Shown here in pieces: positions 19,246-27,350 of a stretch of DNA of 64,000 nt. Position numbers and translations under genes: made by a program. This DNA is from Actinomycetota bacterium (GTDB lineage Bacteria > Actinomycetota > UBA4738 > CALAEC01), in the NCBI GenBank assembly GCA_050692555.1, contig JBOGVS010000012.1, positions 5,993 through 69,992 on the forward strand. The letters run 5' to 3'. Each line of letters opens with the position of its first letter. The first letter of the stretch is position 1. The notes under the pieces are model-generated. The model made no database searches and was not told where the DNA came from. It saw nothing but the letters and a program-made list of their open reading frames with translations.

Positions 19246-19542
19246 GTGTGCTGGGACTTCGACTACGTTCGGGCCAAGCTCCAGGAGGACATCAGGGCCA
19301 CCCGATCCCGAGGCCGTGTCCCCCCGCTCGTGCGGATCATCGGGTGGCTGTCCCTGGCCACCGGAGCCTGGCTGCTGGGGTACCCGCTCCTGGCCGTGCC
19401 CACCACCGTGGTGTTCGAGGCCTATGTGGCCCCGCTCTTCGCCAGGCGGGCCCGGGAGATCGGCCCGCTCAGGGAATGGCACCCCCCGGAGAGCTACCGG
19501 GAGTCCCCGGAGGCGGTCCCGCCCACCCGGATCCGGCCCTGA
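19246..19542 (+). CDS. Hypothetical small membrane protein (GTG start)
   Basis: One or two hydrophobic segments (IIGWLSLATGAWLLGYPLLAVP). Start is ambiguous. Confidence 0.25.
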   Translation: MCWDFDYVRAKLQEDIRATRSRGRVPPLVRIIGWLSLATGAWLLGYPLLAVPTTVVFEAYVAPLFARRAREIGPLREWHPPESYRESPEAVPPTRIRP

Positions 19543-19586
19543 AGCCGGCCCCACCAGGGGAGGCCCATGCGGCCAGCTCTCGATTG

Positions 19587-20042
19587 CTAACTTGACGTAA
19601 TGGTGGTTATGGGGGATTGGGAGAGTGGTCTCATCCGGTGGGCGGTGACCTCGATGACGGGCGCTCCGATGACCGTGGGGACGAACCACAGGGGCACGAC
19701 GTCGGTGCTCACCACCACCACGGCCGTTATCAGGGAGATGTACGAGCCCCAGATCAGGCGGAATCGGAGCACCCGCCACCCGGGACGGCGGCTTCGAGAG
19801 ACCAGCCAGCCTCCCAGGGCGGCCGCCTCGGTGCCCACGGCCAGAAGGCCCAGGAACCACAGCTCGGGCTTGAGAAGCACCAGGACCGCCGCCGTGGCGC
19901 TGACCAGGGCCACGGAGACCTGATAGGCCATCCCGGCCCTGGGGTGCCAGGAGAAGCGCTCCGGTAGCAGCATGCTCAGCGGCCCCAGCAGCAAGCCGGC
20001 ACTTCCGGCCACGATGTGCACGATCAGCACGATCGGTCTCAT
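19587..20042 (-). CDS. Membrane protein (DUF2306-like), divergent from PadR
   Basis: Start at M24 (MRPIVLIVHIVAG...). Four hydrophobic helices. Confidence 0.5.
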   Translation of the reverse strand: MRPIVLIVHIVAGSAGLLLGPLSMLLPERFSWHPRAGMAYQVSVALVSATAAVLVLLKPELWFLGLLAVGTEAAALGGWLVSRSRRPGWRVLRFRLIWGSYISLITAVVVVSTDVVPLWFVPTVIGAPVIEVTAHRMRPLSQSPITTITSS

Positions 20043-20054
20043 GTCCTTGGCTCC

Positions 20055-20110
20055 TGACGTTCCACAGTGGAGTATGATTCCGAGCGTAGACCTTCCATAA
20101 TGGAACGTCA
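20055..20110. promoter_or_regulatory. Operator-like palindromes in the PadR/membrane-protein divergent promoter: TGACGTTCCA ... TGGAACGTCA (10-bp inverted repeat, ~36-nt spacer) with inner palindromes CCACaGTGG and TTCCAtaaTGGAA
   Basis: Read directly in the sequence. PadR regulators commonly autoregulate through inverted repeats in such divergent regions. Confidence 0.45.
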
Positions 20111-20116
20111 AGAGGG

Positions 20117-20698
20117 GTGGGATCGATGGAGACAGACCGAGGACTCAATCCGACGGCCGCCTCGCTCCTGGGGTTCCTGCACCACGGGGAGTTCAGTGGC
20201 TACGAGCTGGTCCGGATGGCCGAGATGGTCATCGGGGACTTCTGGACCCTGACCCAGAGCCAGGTGTACCGGGAGCTGGCGTCGCTGGCCGATCGGGGAT
20301 TGGTGAAGGCCGGCGAGACCGGCCCGCGGTCTCGCCGGCCGTACCGGCTGACGGCGGCGGGACGAGCCGCGTTCGGGGAATGGATCGCTCAACCCCCGGG
20401 GTCAGAGCAGATCCGCTATCCCCTACTGCTCACGCTGGCATTCGGGGCCTGGCTGGGGCCCGATCGGCTGCTCGAGTTCGTCGCCGATCATCGCGTCGTG
20501 CACCAGGAACGTCTGGCTCGCTACACCGCGATGGAGGAGGAGGCCGGGGACTCCCCCGATCCATATCAGCTCGCCACCCTGACGTTCGGCGTTCGGTACG
20601 AGCGGGCCGTGCTGGAGTGGATGGACGACCTGCCCCGGATCCTTGGGGAGGCGGAGAAACGGCCGGCTACTCCGGCGGGTGGCCGCCGCAATCGATGA
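20117..20698 (+). CDS. PadR family transcriptional regulator
   Basis: wHTH with the conserved GYEL and LTQSQVYRELASL motifs, plus a C-terminal dimerisation domain. Alternative ATG start at 20126. Confidence 0.8.
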   Translation: MGSMETDRGLNPTAASLLGFLHHGEFSGYELVRMAEMVIGDFWTLTQSQVYRELASLADRGLVKAGETGPRSRRPYRLTAAGRAAFGEWIAQPPGSEQIRYPLLLTLAFGAWLGPDRLLEFVADHRVVHQERLARYTAMEEEAGDSPDPYQLATLTFGVRYERAVLEWMDDLPRILGEAEKRPATPAGGRRNR

Positions 20699-20710
20699 TC
20701 ACCCGCACCG

Positions 20711-22990
20711 TCAGGCTGCCTTTCCCAGGGCGGTTGGATGCCGCGCCCTCGACGGAGGGCGTCGGCGGAGAACACGGTCGCGCACGGCCCACACGAACAC
20801 CTGCCACAGGGCCTCGGCGACGATGGCTCGGGAGATCTTGGAGTGGCCGTGTCGCCGCTCCTCGAAGGTGATGGGGACCTCTCCCACGGCCATCCCGCGT
20901 CGCCACGCCCGGTACGCCAGCTCCACCTGGAACGCGTAGCCCTCGGAGCGAAGCGGGTGGGTGACCAGCTCCCGAAGCGTCTCCCACCGGTACACCCGGA
21001 AGCCGCTGGTCGCATCGGCCACCGGGATGCCCAGGAGGAACCGCACGTACCAGTTTCCCCCTCTGGACAGGAGGCGCCGGAACGCTCCCCAGTTGGTGAT
21101 CCTCCCGCCGGGCACGTACCGGCTCCCGATCGTGAGGTGGTGGTCGGCGGCCCCCTGGAGGAGCGCGGGAAGCTCTTCCGGGCTGTGGGACAGATCCGCG
21201 TCCATCTCCACGACCAGGTCGTAGCCCTCCGAGATGGCCAGCACGAACCCGTCGAGGTAGGCGCTGGCCAGTCCCCCCTTCTCGGGCCGGTCCACGAGCG
21301 TCACGCGAGGCTCTCGTTCGGCGAGCTTGCGGACGATTTCCCCGGTTCCGTCGGGCGAGGAGTCGTCCACCACCTTGACGTCGACCCGCTCGGCGGTCAG
21401 GATCCGGCCGATGACCTCCTCGACCGTGTCCCGCTCGTTGTACGTCGGGAGGATCACCGCGATCCGGGGATCCTCATCGAGCGGAGGGACCGGACGCCGC
21501 TGGGAGCGCCGCGGCACCAGGTAGAACACCGCCAGCAGCAGGAAGATCGCCAGCGGCACCCACCCGCCGATGACGTTGTAGATCGTGCGCCCGGTGGCCC
21601 GCGGAACGTCGCCCCTCCTCAGGGCTCGTTCGAACAGCGGCGTACGTTGAACGGCCTCGCCCTCAGGGGAGACGAACGCGCTGATCCCCGAGAGTGCCGC
21701 GTGGACCACCCACCGCCCGTTCTCCACCGCCCGAAGCTCCGAGAGCACCAGGTGCTGCTCGGGGGCGGCACTCAGCCCGAAGGTCGAGTTGTTCGTGGAG
21801 ACCACCAGGAACCCCACGTCGCCGGTCACCGATTCCCGGACCAGCTCGTCGAAGGCGTTCTCGAAGCAGATGACCGCGGCGAACCGGCCTGAGGGGATGT
21901 CGAAGCGCCCGGGCTCGGTACCCGGCGACAGATCCGCACGCACCCGCCGGATGTCGGGGATCCAGTCGAGCAGGTCGCGCCCGGGGACGTACTCCCCGAA
22001 AGGCAGGAGGTGGTTCTTGGCATACCTGTCCGTCACCTGAGCCTCGGGTGCGTACAGGAGCTCCTCGTTCAGGAGCCGACCGTCCTCCGTTTGAGTGATC
22101 GCTCCGACCAGCGTCCATGCCCCCACGGCTCGGATCGAGTCCTCGACGACGGGACCGATCTCCGGATCCCTGGTGGGGTCGCGGTCGAGAGCGTTCTCCG
22201 GCCACACGGCCAGGTCGGGGGGATCCCCGCCCAGCTGGAGGTGCAGCTGGGCGTGGCTCTCTGCCACCTGCCGGTCCACGATGATCCGGCTGCGGGTGGC
22301 CACCGTCAGAGGGACGTTGCCCTGGACGATGGCCACGTCCACCGGGGGACCCGAGGGCTCGGAGATGGGAATGGCTACGGGCACGAAGGCCAGGCCAGCG
22401 GCCAGGACCGTGGGAACCAGGGCCCGCCGCCACTCCCCTACTCGGAGCAGCGCCAAGAGCACGAGCGCGTTGATCGCCGCCACCAGGAATCCCAGCCCCA
22501 GGGCCCCCACCACCGAGGCCACCGGAAGCAGCAGGGGGTTGTCGTGCTGCGTCGCTCCCAGGCTGACCCACGACCACCCACCGAACGGCCACACGCCCCG
22601 GAGCCATTCCACGAACGCCCACGCCGCCCCGATGGCCAGTGCGGTACGGATCGGCCATTCGTCTCGCCACAGCACCGGGATCAGCGCTCCGAAGATGGCC
22701 AGGAAGGCGGCCACGCCGATCGACAGGGCCGCCCACCCGAGCACCGACACGGGGATCAGCCACGACAGAAGCGGCCCATAGAACGCCAGGCCGAAGACCA
22801 GCCCCAGCAGGGCCCCCCGCCGCCTTTTGGTTGCGGGTCGCAGCGCCCACAGCAGCGGGATCAGGGCCACGAAGCCGAGCGGGCCCAGGTCGGCGGGCGG
22901 CAGAGCAAGCCACAGGGCCACGCCCGACACCGCGGCGGCAAGACTGGCGGCTGGAAGGCGGGGGCCTGTGGCTAGGCGCAGTCCCGGCAA
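20711..22990 (-). CDS. ppm1: Bifunctional apolipoprotein N-acyltransferase (Lnt, CN-hydrolase) / polyprenol-phosphate mannosyltransferase (Ppm1, GT2) fusion
   Basis: N-terminal multi-TM plus CN-hydrolase domain (Lnt). C-terminal GT2 domain with ILPTYNE and VVDDSSPDGT (DXD). Same domain order as the mycobacterial Ppm1 fusion. Confidence 0.8.
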   Translation of the reverse strand: MPGLRLATGPRLPAASLAAAVSGVALWLALPPADLGPLGFVALIPLLWALRPATKRRRGALLGLVFGLAFYGPLLSWLIPVSVLGWAALSIGVAAFLAIFGALIPVLWRDEWPIRTALAIGAAWAFVEWLRGVWPFGGWSWVSLGATQHDNPLLLPVASVVGALGLGFLVAAINALVLLALLRVGEWRRALVPTVLAAGLAFVPVAIPISEPSGPPVDVAIVQGNVPLTVATRSRIIVDRQVAESHAQLHLQLGGDPPDLAVWPENALDRDPTRDPEIGPVVEDSIRAVGAWTLVGAITQTEDGRLLNEELLYAPEAQVTDRYAKNHLLPFGEYVPGRDLLDWIPDIRRVRADLSPGTEPGRFDIPSGRFAAVICFENAFDELVRESVTGDVGFLVVSTNNSTFGLSAAPEQHLVLSELRAVENGRWVVHAALSGISAFVSPEGEAVQRTPLFERALRRGDVPRATGRTIYNVIGGWVPLAIFLLLAVFYLVPRRSQRRPVPPLDEDPRIAVILPTYNERDTVEEVIGRILTAERVDVKVVDDSSPDGTGEIVRKLAEREPRVTLVDRPEKGGLASAYLDGFVLAISEGYDLVVEMDADLSHSPEELPALLQGAADHHLTIGSRYVPGGRITNWGAFRRLLSRGGNWYVRFLLGIPVADATSGFRVYRWETLRELVTHPLRSEGYAFQVELAYRAWRRGMAVGEVPITFEERRHGHSKISRAIVAEALWQVFVWAVRDRVLRRRPPSRARHPTALGKAA

Positions 22991-23256
22991 AGCATCCGCT
23001 TCTTGTCCTTCAGCTGGCTTCTGTGCTTGACCAGGTGGCAGTTCCGGCAGGTGAACTCGTGGGCCTGCTGAGGGACGACCTTGACCGAGAGCGTCTCGAC
23101 GCGTTCCTCGCGGCCGGAAGACGGGACGCTGTCGTCATCCTCGCCGGGGGCCTCGTCGCCTCCTCGCTTGGCCATCATCTCGTCGAGGCTGGTCTCGGCC
23201 GGTTCGGCGGCCGGTTCTTCCTTGGGATTCTCTTCTGGCTCTTCCACGGCGACCAT
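22972..23256 (-). CDS. DUF4193-family small protein (acidic N-terminus, C-terminal CxxC...CxxC)
   Basis: EFTCRNCHLVKHRSQLKDKKRMLCRDCA C-terminus, typical of actinobacterial DUF4193. Start at M182 of the long ORF. Confidence 0.65.
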   Translation of the reverse strand: MVAVEEPEENPKEEPAAEPAETSLDEMMAKRGGDEAPGEDDDSVPSSGREERVETLSVKVVPQQAHEFTCRNCHLVKHRSQLKDKKRMLCRDCA

Positions 23257-23360
23257 GTTGTTCCCCGGGACGGCACATTGTACGCCCCGGTTCGGTGGGG
23301 CGCTCCGGTTCCGTGAAACGGATCGCCGGCCCGCGACATTCCCGGATATCGGATAGCGGA

Positions 23361-23428
23361 GGGCCCACAGAGACCTTTGGGGCCGCGGCGCCGGGGCGCC
23401 GCGTTCTCTACTCAGCCTCTGTGGGCCC
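23361..23428. repeat. 12-bp perfect inverted repeat GGGCCCACAGAG / CTCTGTGGGCCC with a 44-nt GC-rich spacer, in the DUF4193/nurA divergent intergenic region
   Basis: Read directly in the sequence. The spacer itself contains GGCGCC repeats. Confidence 0.6.
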
Positions 23429-23575
23429 TTCGCACCGCCGCGTCTGGCGGAGCGAGGCAATGCTAGTGCGGGCTCTCGGGGGGTGTCAAACGTTCCGGGG
23501 GACTTTGTCACACCGCTTCGCTGTTCGTGTCGGTGGGCGGAGGTATCCTTCCGGCGATGAAGCGGCGGGGGAAGG

Positions 23576-24637
23576 TTGGCCGTCCCGGCTGAGGCGTTCG
23601 CCGGGGCCGATCTCGCCGACAGCCGGGGACTGGACGACGCGGCGGCGTTCGTCGTCGGTCTGTTGGAGCGCCCGGCTTCGGACATCAGGGTCGCCGAGGG
23701 CCAGCTGGGATTCGACGACGACCTGGTGGTCGGAGGGCACCCCGATGCGTTCGGGCTGGAGGTCCTCTCCCCTACCGATCCGGGCACCGTGTGGGCCATC
23801 GACGGAGGCAGCTGTTTGCTGGCCGACGGACGGTCGTTCCAGGTGGCCGGCTACCGGTCCGCTCGGGTCCGGTTCAGGGGCGGGGTCACCGACCTGGTGG
23901 AGTCCCCTCCGCTCACGGTCCGGGCTCTGTCGACCGAGGAGATGGAGCGCATCTACCGGGAACAGCTGGAGCGCATGGAGGTCGAGGTTCCCGACCGCGT
24001 CCCGGACGTCCCTCGGCCGGTGGACTTCCTCCGGGAATGTGGGGAGTGGCTGCTGGTCCGGGACACGGTCCTGGGTGCCCGGCGCGGGGACCTCGTGCTG
24101 GTCGATGGCTCCCTTCACGGAGGACCATGGATCTCGTCCGATTTCGTCCGAAGGACTCACCAGGCGGCAATCGACCGCGGCGTGTCGCTGGCCGGAGTGG
24201 TGAAGGCCTCGACGTTGTTCTGGGGCCGGAACGCGCCGCTGGTCTCGCTGCTCAAGCGGCGCGGGGATCGGGAGATCGGACCGCGACCGTGGGCCTCCAG
24301 GATCTCCACCGACCCCGCGTTCGCCCGGCTGTACGTCGGGGAGATCTTCGTGGCCCATCTGGCCCCCACCGCGCATCACGCGTTCCGGGTGGACGTGGCC
24401 CGGGGCGGCGCGGGAGCAGAGGAAGTACTGGCCCGGCTGGCCGGGTGCGCGAACGACGCGGCGTTCGTGGGATATCCCTACCCGCTGGCCCGGGCCCACC
24501 GTGCCGCCCGGGTGTCCGGGTACGCGGTGGCGGACCTCCGACGGACGTTCCGCGACGCGCTGTCGCGACGCGGGATGGCCGAGGACGATATCGAGACGTT
24601 GTTCCAGGACTTCCACGAGATCCTCAACCGGAGCTGA
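23576..24637 (+). CDS. nurA: NurA-like 5'-3' nuclease
   Basis: VWAIDGGS and LVLVDGSLHG motifs, matching the NurA catalytic DGS motifs in an RNase-H-like fold. ~350 aa. Immediately upstream of a HerA ATPase. Confidence 0.7.
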   Translation: MAVPAEAFAGADLADSRGLDDAAAFVVGLLERPASDIRVAEGQLGFDDDLVVGGHPDAFGLEVLSPTDPGTVWAIDGGSCLLADGRSFQVAGYRSARVRFRGGVTDLVESPPLTVRALSTEEMERIYREQLERMEVEVPDRVPDVPRPVDFLRECGEWLLVRDTVLGARRGDLVLVDGSLHGGPWISSDFVRRTHQAAIDRGVSLAGVVKASTLFWGRNAPLVSLLKRRGDREIGPRPWASRISTDPAFARLYVGEIFVAHLAPTAHHAFRVDVARGGAGAEEVLARLAGCANDAAFVGYPYPLARAHRAARVSGYAVADLRRTFRDALSRRGMAEDDIETLFQDFHEILNRS

Positions 24638-24638
24638 C

Positions 24639-26213
24639 GTGAGCGACCTGTACAAGGGAAGGCTGTTCGGGCGGTCGGTGCTGGAGGCAACGTTCCGCTC
24701 GTTCCACGGGACCGACCTGTTTCTCGGCGAGCTGCTGGCCGCCGACGACCCCGAACGCGCTCGCCGGTTCCTGTTCCGGGTGATCGAGGTGGCCTACGGC
24801 TCGGATTCCACCGATCCCCACTGGGCCGAACGCACCGCGGGCGCGTACATGGCCGGCGACCTGGCCGAGACCCCATACACCCTGCACGATCCCGAGCAGC
24901 GCCTGTACAAGGTGGCCACCTGCTCGCCGCTCGGATACCTGGACGCGGCCCAGGAGTTCCGGAAGCCCAAGTCGCTCCCCGCCCAGTTCGCCCGGGTCAC
25001 CTCCCCCACCCCGGAAGACTTCGAGTTCCTCCGTGGCCGGATGGGCGACCTCCGGGTGGGGCTGCTGCGCTCCGGCGAGGACACCATCGACCTGGAGGTC
25101 GGGGTTCGGGGGGACACCCTGACCTCCCACGTGGGGGTCTTCGCCACAACCGGCATGGGGAAGTCGAACCTCATGAAGGTCCTGGCCGGGACCATCCTGG
25201 AGTCCCAGGGCCGCTATGCCTTCCTCCTGTTCGACCCCCATGGGGAGTACCTCGACGGCGGCGGGGGGATCCGGCGGGGCCTTCGGGACCACCCCTGGTC
25301 CCCCGATCGTCTTCAGGTGTATGCCACCCGCCCGGGGTTGGGAGCCTCGGCCACGGCGCTTCGGCTCACGCTGGGAGAGATCACCCTCGGCGACCTCCAG
25401 ACCGCGTACGACTGGAGCCCGGCCCAGATCGACGCCATCCACCGCCTGGACCGGCTGTACCGGGAGGAATGGATGCCCACCGTGGCGGACGATGCCGAGG
25501 ATCCCGAGGAGCTGGCCAAGCAGACCGGCGCTGCCGCGTCGACGATCCAGGTCATCCGGCGTCGGGCGCAAAGGATCCTGGAGCTCCCGTGCATCAGCCG
25601 GGACGTGTCCCAGGCCTCGCTGTCGCAGCGGATCGTGGACGAGCTGGCCGAGGGTCGCTCGGTGCTGGTGGAGACCAGCGGGCTGTCGGACATGGAGGAG
25701 ATCCTGGTGGCCTCGGTGATCACCCGGCGGCTCCTGGACACCTACGGCTCGGCGTTCCTCGAGGATCGCGAGGCGTTTGCCGCGCTGCCCCCCACCCTGG
25801 TGGCCCTGGAAGAGGCCCAACGGGTGCTGTCGCGGGCCAAGCGCTCGGACGAGAACGTCTTCCCCCGGGTGGCCCGGGAGGGCCGGAAGTTCCGGGTGGG
25901 ACTGTGCGCCGTGAGCCAGCAGCCCAAGCTGATCGACGACGAGCTCCTGTCGCAGTTCAACACGTTCTTCATCCTGGGCCTGGCCGACGAGCGGGACCGG
26001 AACATCCTGCGGGCGTCCTCGAAGCAGGACATCAAGGACCTGGGGCCGGAGATCCAGACGTTGATGCCCGGTGAGTCCATCGTCACGAACCTCGAGGCTC
26101 CGTTCGCCCTGCCCGCCCGGGTGTACCTGTTCGAGGAGTACGTGAAGTCGGTGAAGGGTCCCGCTCCCCTCCCCGACCGGCCGGCTGGGGCTTCGAAGGG
26201 GTTCGCCGAGTAG
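24639..26213 (+). CDS. herA: HerA-family FtsK-like hexameric ATPase/helicase
   Basis: Walker A GVFATTGMGKSNLMKV. HerA-type Walker B LVALEEAQRV. Arginine-finger region. GTG start 2 nt after the nurA stop. Confidence 0.8.
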   Translation: MSDLYKGRLFGRSVLEATFRSFHGTDLFLGELLAADDPERARRFLFRVIEVAYGSDSTDPHWAERTAGAYMAGDLAETPYTLHDPEQRLYKVATCSPLGYLDAAQEFRKPKSLPAQFARVTSPTPEDFEFLRGRMGDLRVGLLRSGEDTIDLEVGVRGDTLTSHVGVFATTGMGKSNLMKVLAGTILESQGRYAFLLFDPHGEYLDGGGGIRRGLRDHPWSPDRLQVYATRPGLGASATALRLTLGEITLGDLQTAYDWSPAQIDAIHRLDRLYREEWMPTVADDAEDPEELAKQTGAAASTIQVIRRRAQRILELPCISRDVSQASLSQRIVDELAEGRSVLVETSGLSDMEEILVASVITRRLLDTYGSAFLEDREAFAALPPTLVALEEAQRVLSRAKRSDENVFPRVAREGRKFRVGLCAVSQQPKLIDDELLSQFNTFFILGLADERDRNILRASSKQDIKDLGPEIQTLMPGESIVTNLEAPFALPARVYLFEEYVKSVKGPAPLPDRPAGASKGFAE

Positions 26214-27350
26214 GTGGCCCGGCTCGTTGCGTTCGGCGACGCCCATCTGGGGCGCACCCACCTGGCTCACCTCCGCGACGAGGAGGGCCGGAACCTCCGG
26301 GAAGAGGACTTCCTGGCGTCCTTCGACTGGGCCGTGGCAAAGACGATCGAGCTGGAGCCCGATGGATTCCTGTGGCTCGGCGACATCTTCGACCACGCCC
26401 GCCCCTCGTACCGGGTGTTCACTCGCGTCCTGGTGGCACTCCGCCGGCTGGAGGAGGCGGGCCACCGCGGCGTAGCGATCAGCGGGAATCACGACACCCC
26501 TCGCCTCCGGGGAACGGGCTCGCCGTATGCGGCGCTGGAAGAGATCTTCGGCAACGTCACGTTCGCCTGGGCGATGGAGGCCCGGTCTGCGGAGATCGCA
26601 AGGGTACGGATCCATGCGGTGCCCCAGACCTTGACGGACGAGGAGTTCCGCGCGGAGGTGGAGCGGAGCGCGGCAGAGCTGCGGAAGGACGCCACCAGTG
26701 TCCTGCTGGCCCACGTGGCTCTGACCTCGCTCCCCTCTCGGGAATGGCGGGACATCAACGAGATCGAGGTCGAGGAGGCCGTGTTCGATCGCCGGTTCGA
26801 CCACGTGATCCTGGGCCACTATCACGTCCACCAGAAGGCGTCGAAGCGGACCTGGTACGCGGGGTCCACGGACTCGTTCTCGTTCGCCGACCGTCCGAAG
26901 GGCGCCGGGCCCAAGGGGATCGTCGTCCTCGACACCGAAAGCGGAAAGGTCGAGCACCACGCCAACCCGGGTGAGCGGCCTCTGGAGACCTATGGGATCG
27001 ATGCGGCCGGCCTGGGCCCCTCGGAGCTGGTGGAAGCGGTCGGCCGGGAGGCCGATGGCTGTCCCGATGGAGCCATCGCCAGGGTGTTCCTCAATGAGGT
27101 GGACCCCGCCAGCTACCGGCAAGTAACGCCCGACGACTGGCAGGAGGCGGTACCCGCGGCCGTCCACGTCCAGCCGGAACCCGGCTACTCCCTCGAGGCC
27201 CTGCCCGTCCAGGCCGGATCGGAGATCGGGCGGCTGGAGGTCGAGTGGGACGCCTACGTCGAGGGCCAGGACCTCACCGGCCTGGACCGTGACCGGGTTC
27301 GGGAGACCGGCCGTCGGTTCCTGGTGGAGGCCCAGGGCGAGTCGGCATGA
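26214..27350 (+). CDS. sbcD: Mre11/SbcD-family DNA repair exonuclease (calcineurin-like phosphoesterase)
   Basis: Phosphoesterase motifs I to IV (FGDAHLG, GDIFDH, GNHD, GHYH). Contiguous with the herA stop. Confidence 0.85.
   Translation: MARLVAFGDAHLGRTHLAHLRDEEGRNLREEDFLASFDWAVAKTIELEPDGFLWLGDIFDHARPSYRVFTRVLVALRRLEEAGHRGVAISGNHDTPRLRGTGSPYAALEEIFGNVTFAWAMEARSAEIARVRIHAVPQTLTDEEFRAEVERSAAELRKDATSVLLAHVALTSLPSREWRDINEIEVEEAVFDRRFDHVILGHYHVHQKASKRTWYAGSTDSFSFADRPKGAGPKGIVVLDTESGKVEHHANPGERPLETYGIDAAGLGPSELVEAVGREADGCPDGAIARVFLNEVDPASYRQVTPDDWQEAVPAAVHVQPEPGYSLEALPVQAGSEIGRLEVEWDAYVEGQDLTGLDRDRVRETGRRFLVEAQGESA

Noticed and set aside
23257-23575. LexA/SOS box upstream of the nurA operon
   Set aside because: No match to TCGAAC-N4-GTTCGA was found by eye. 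Only generic inverted repeats are present.
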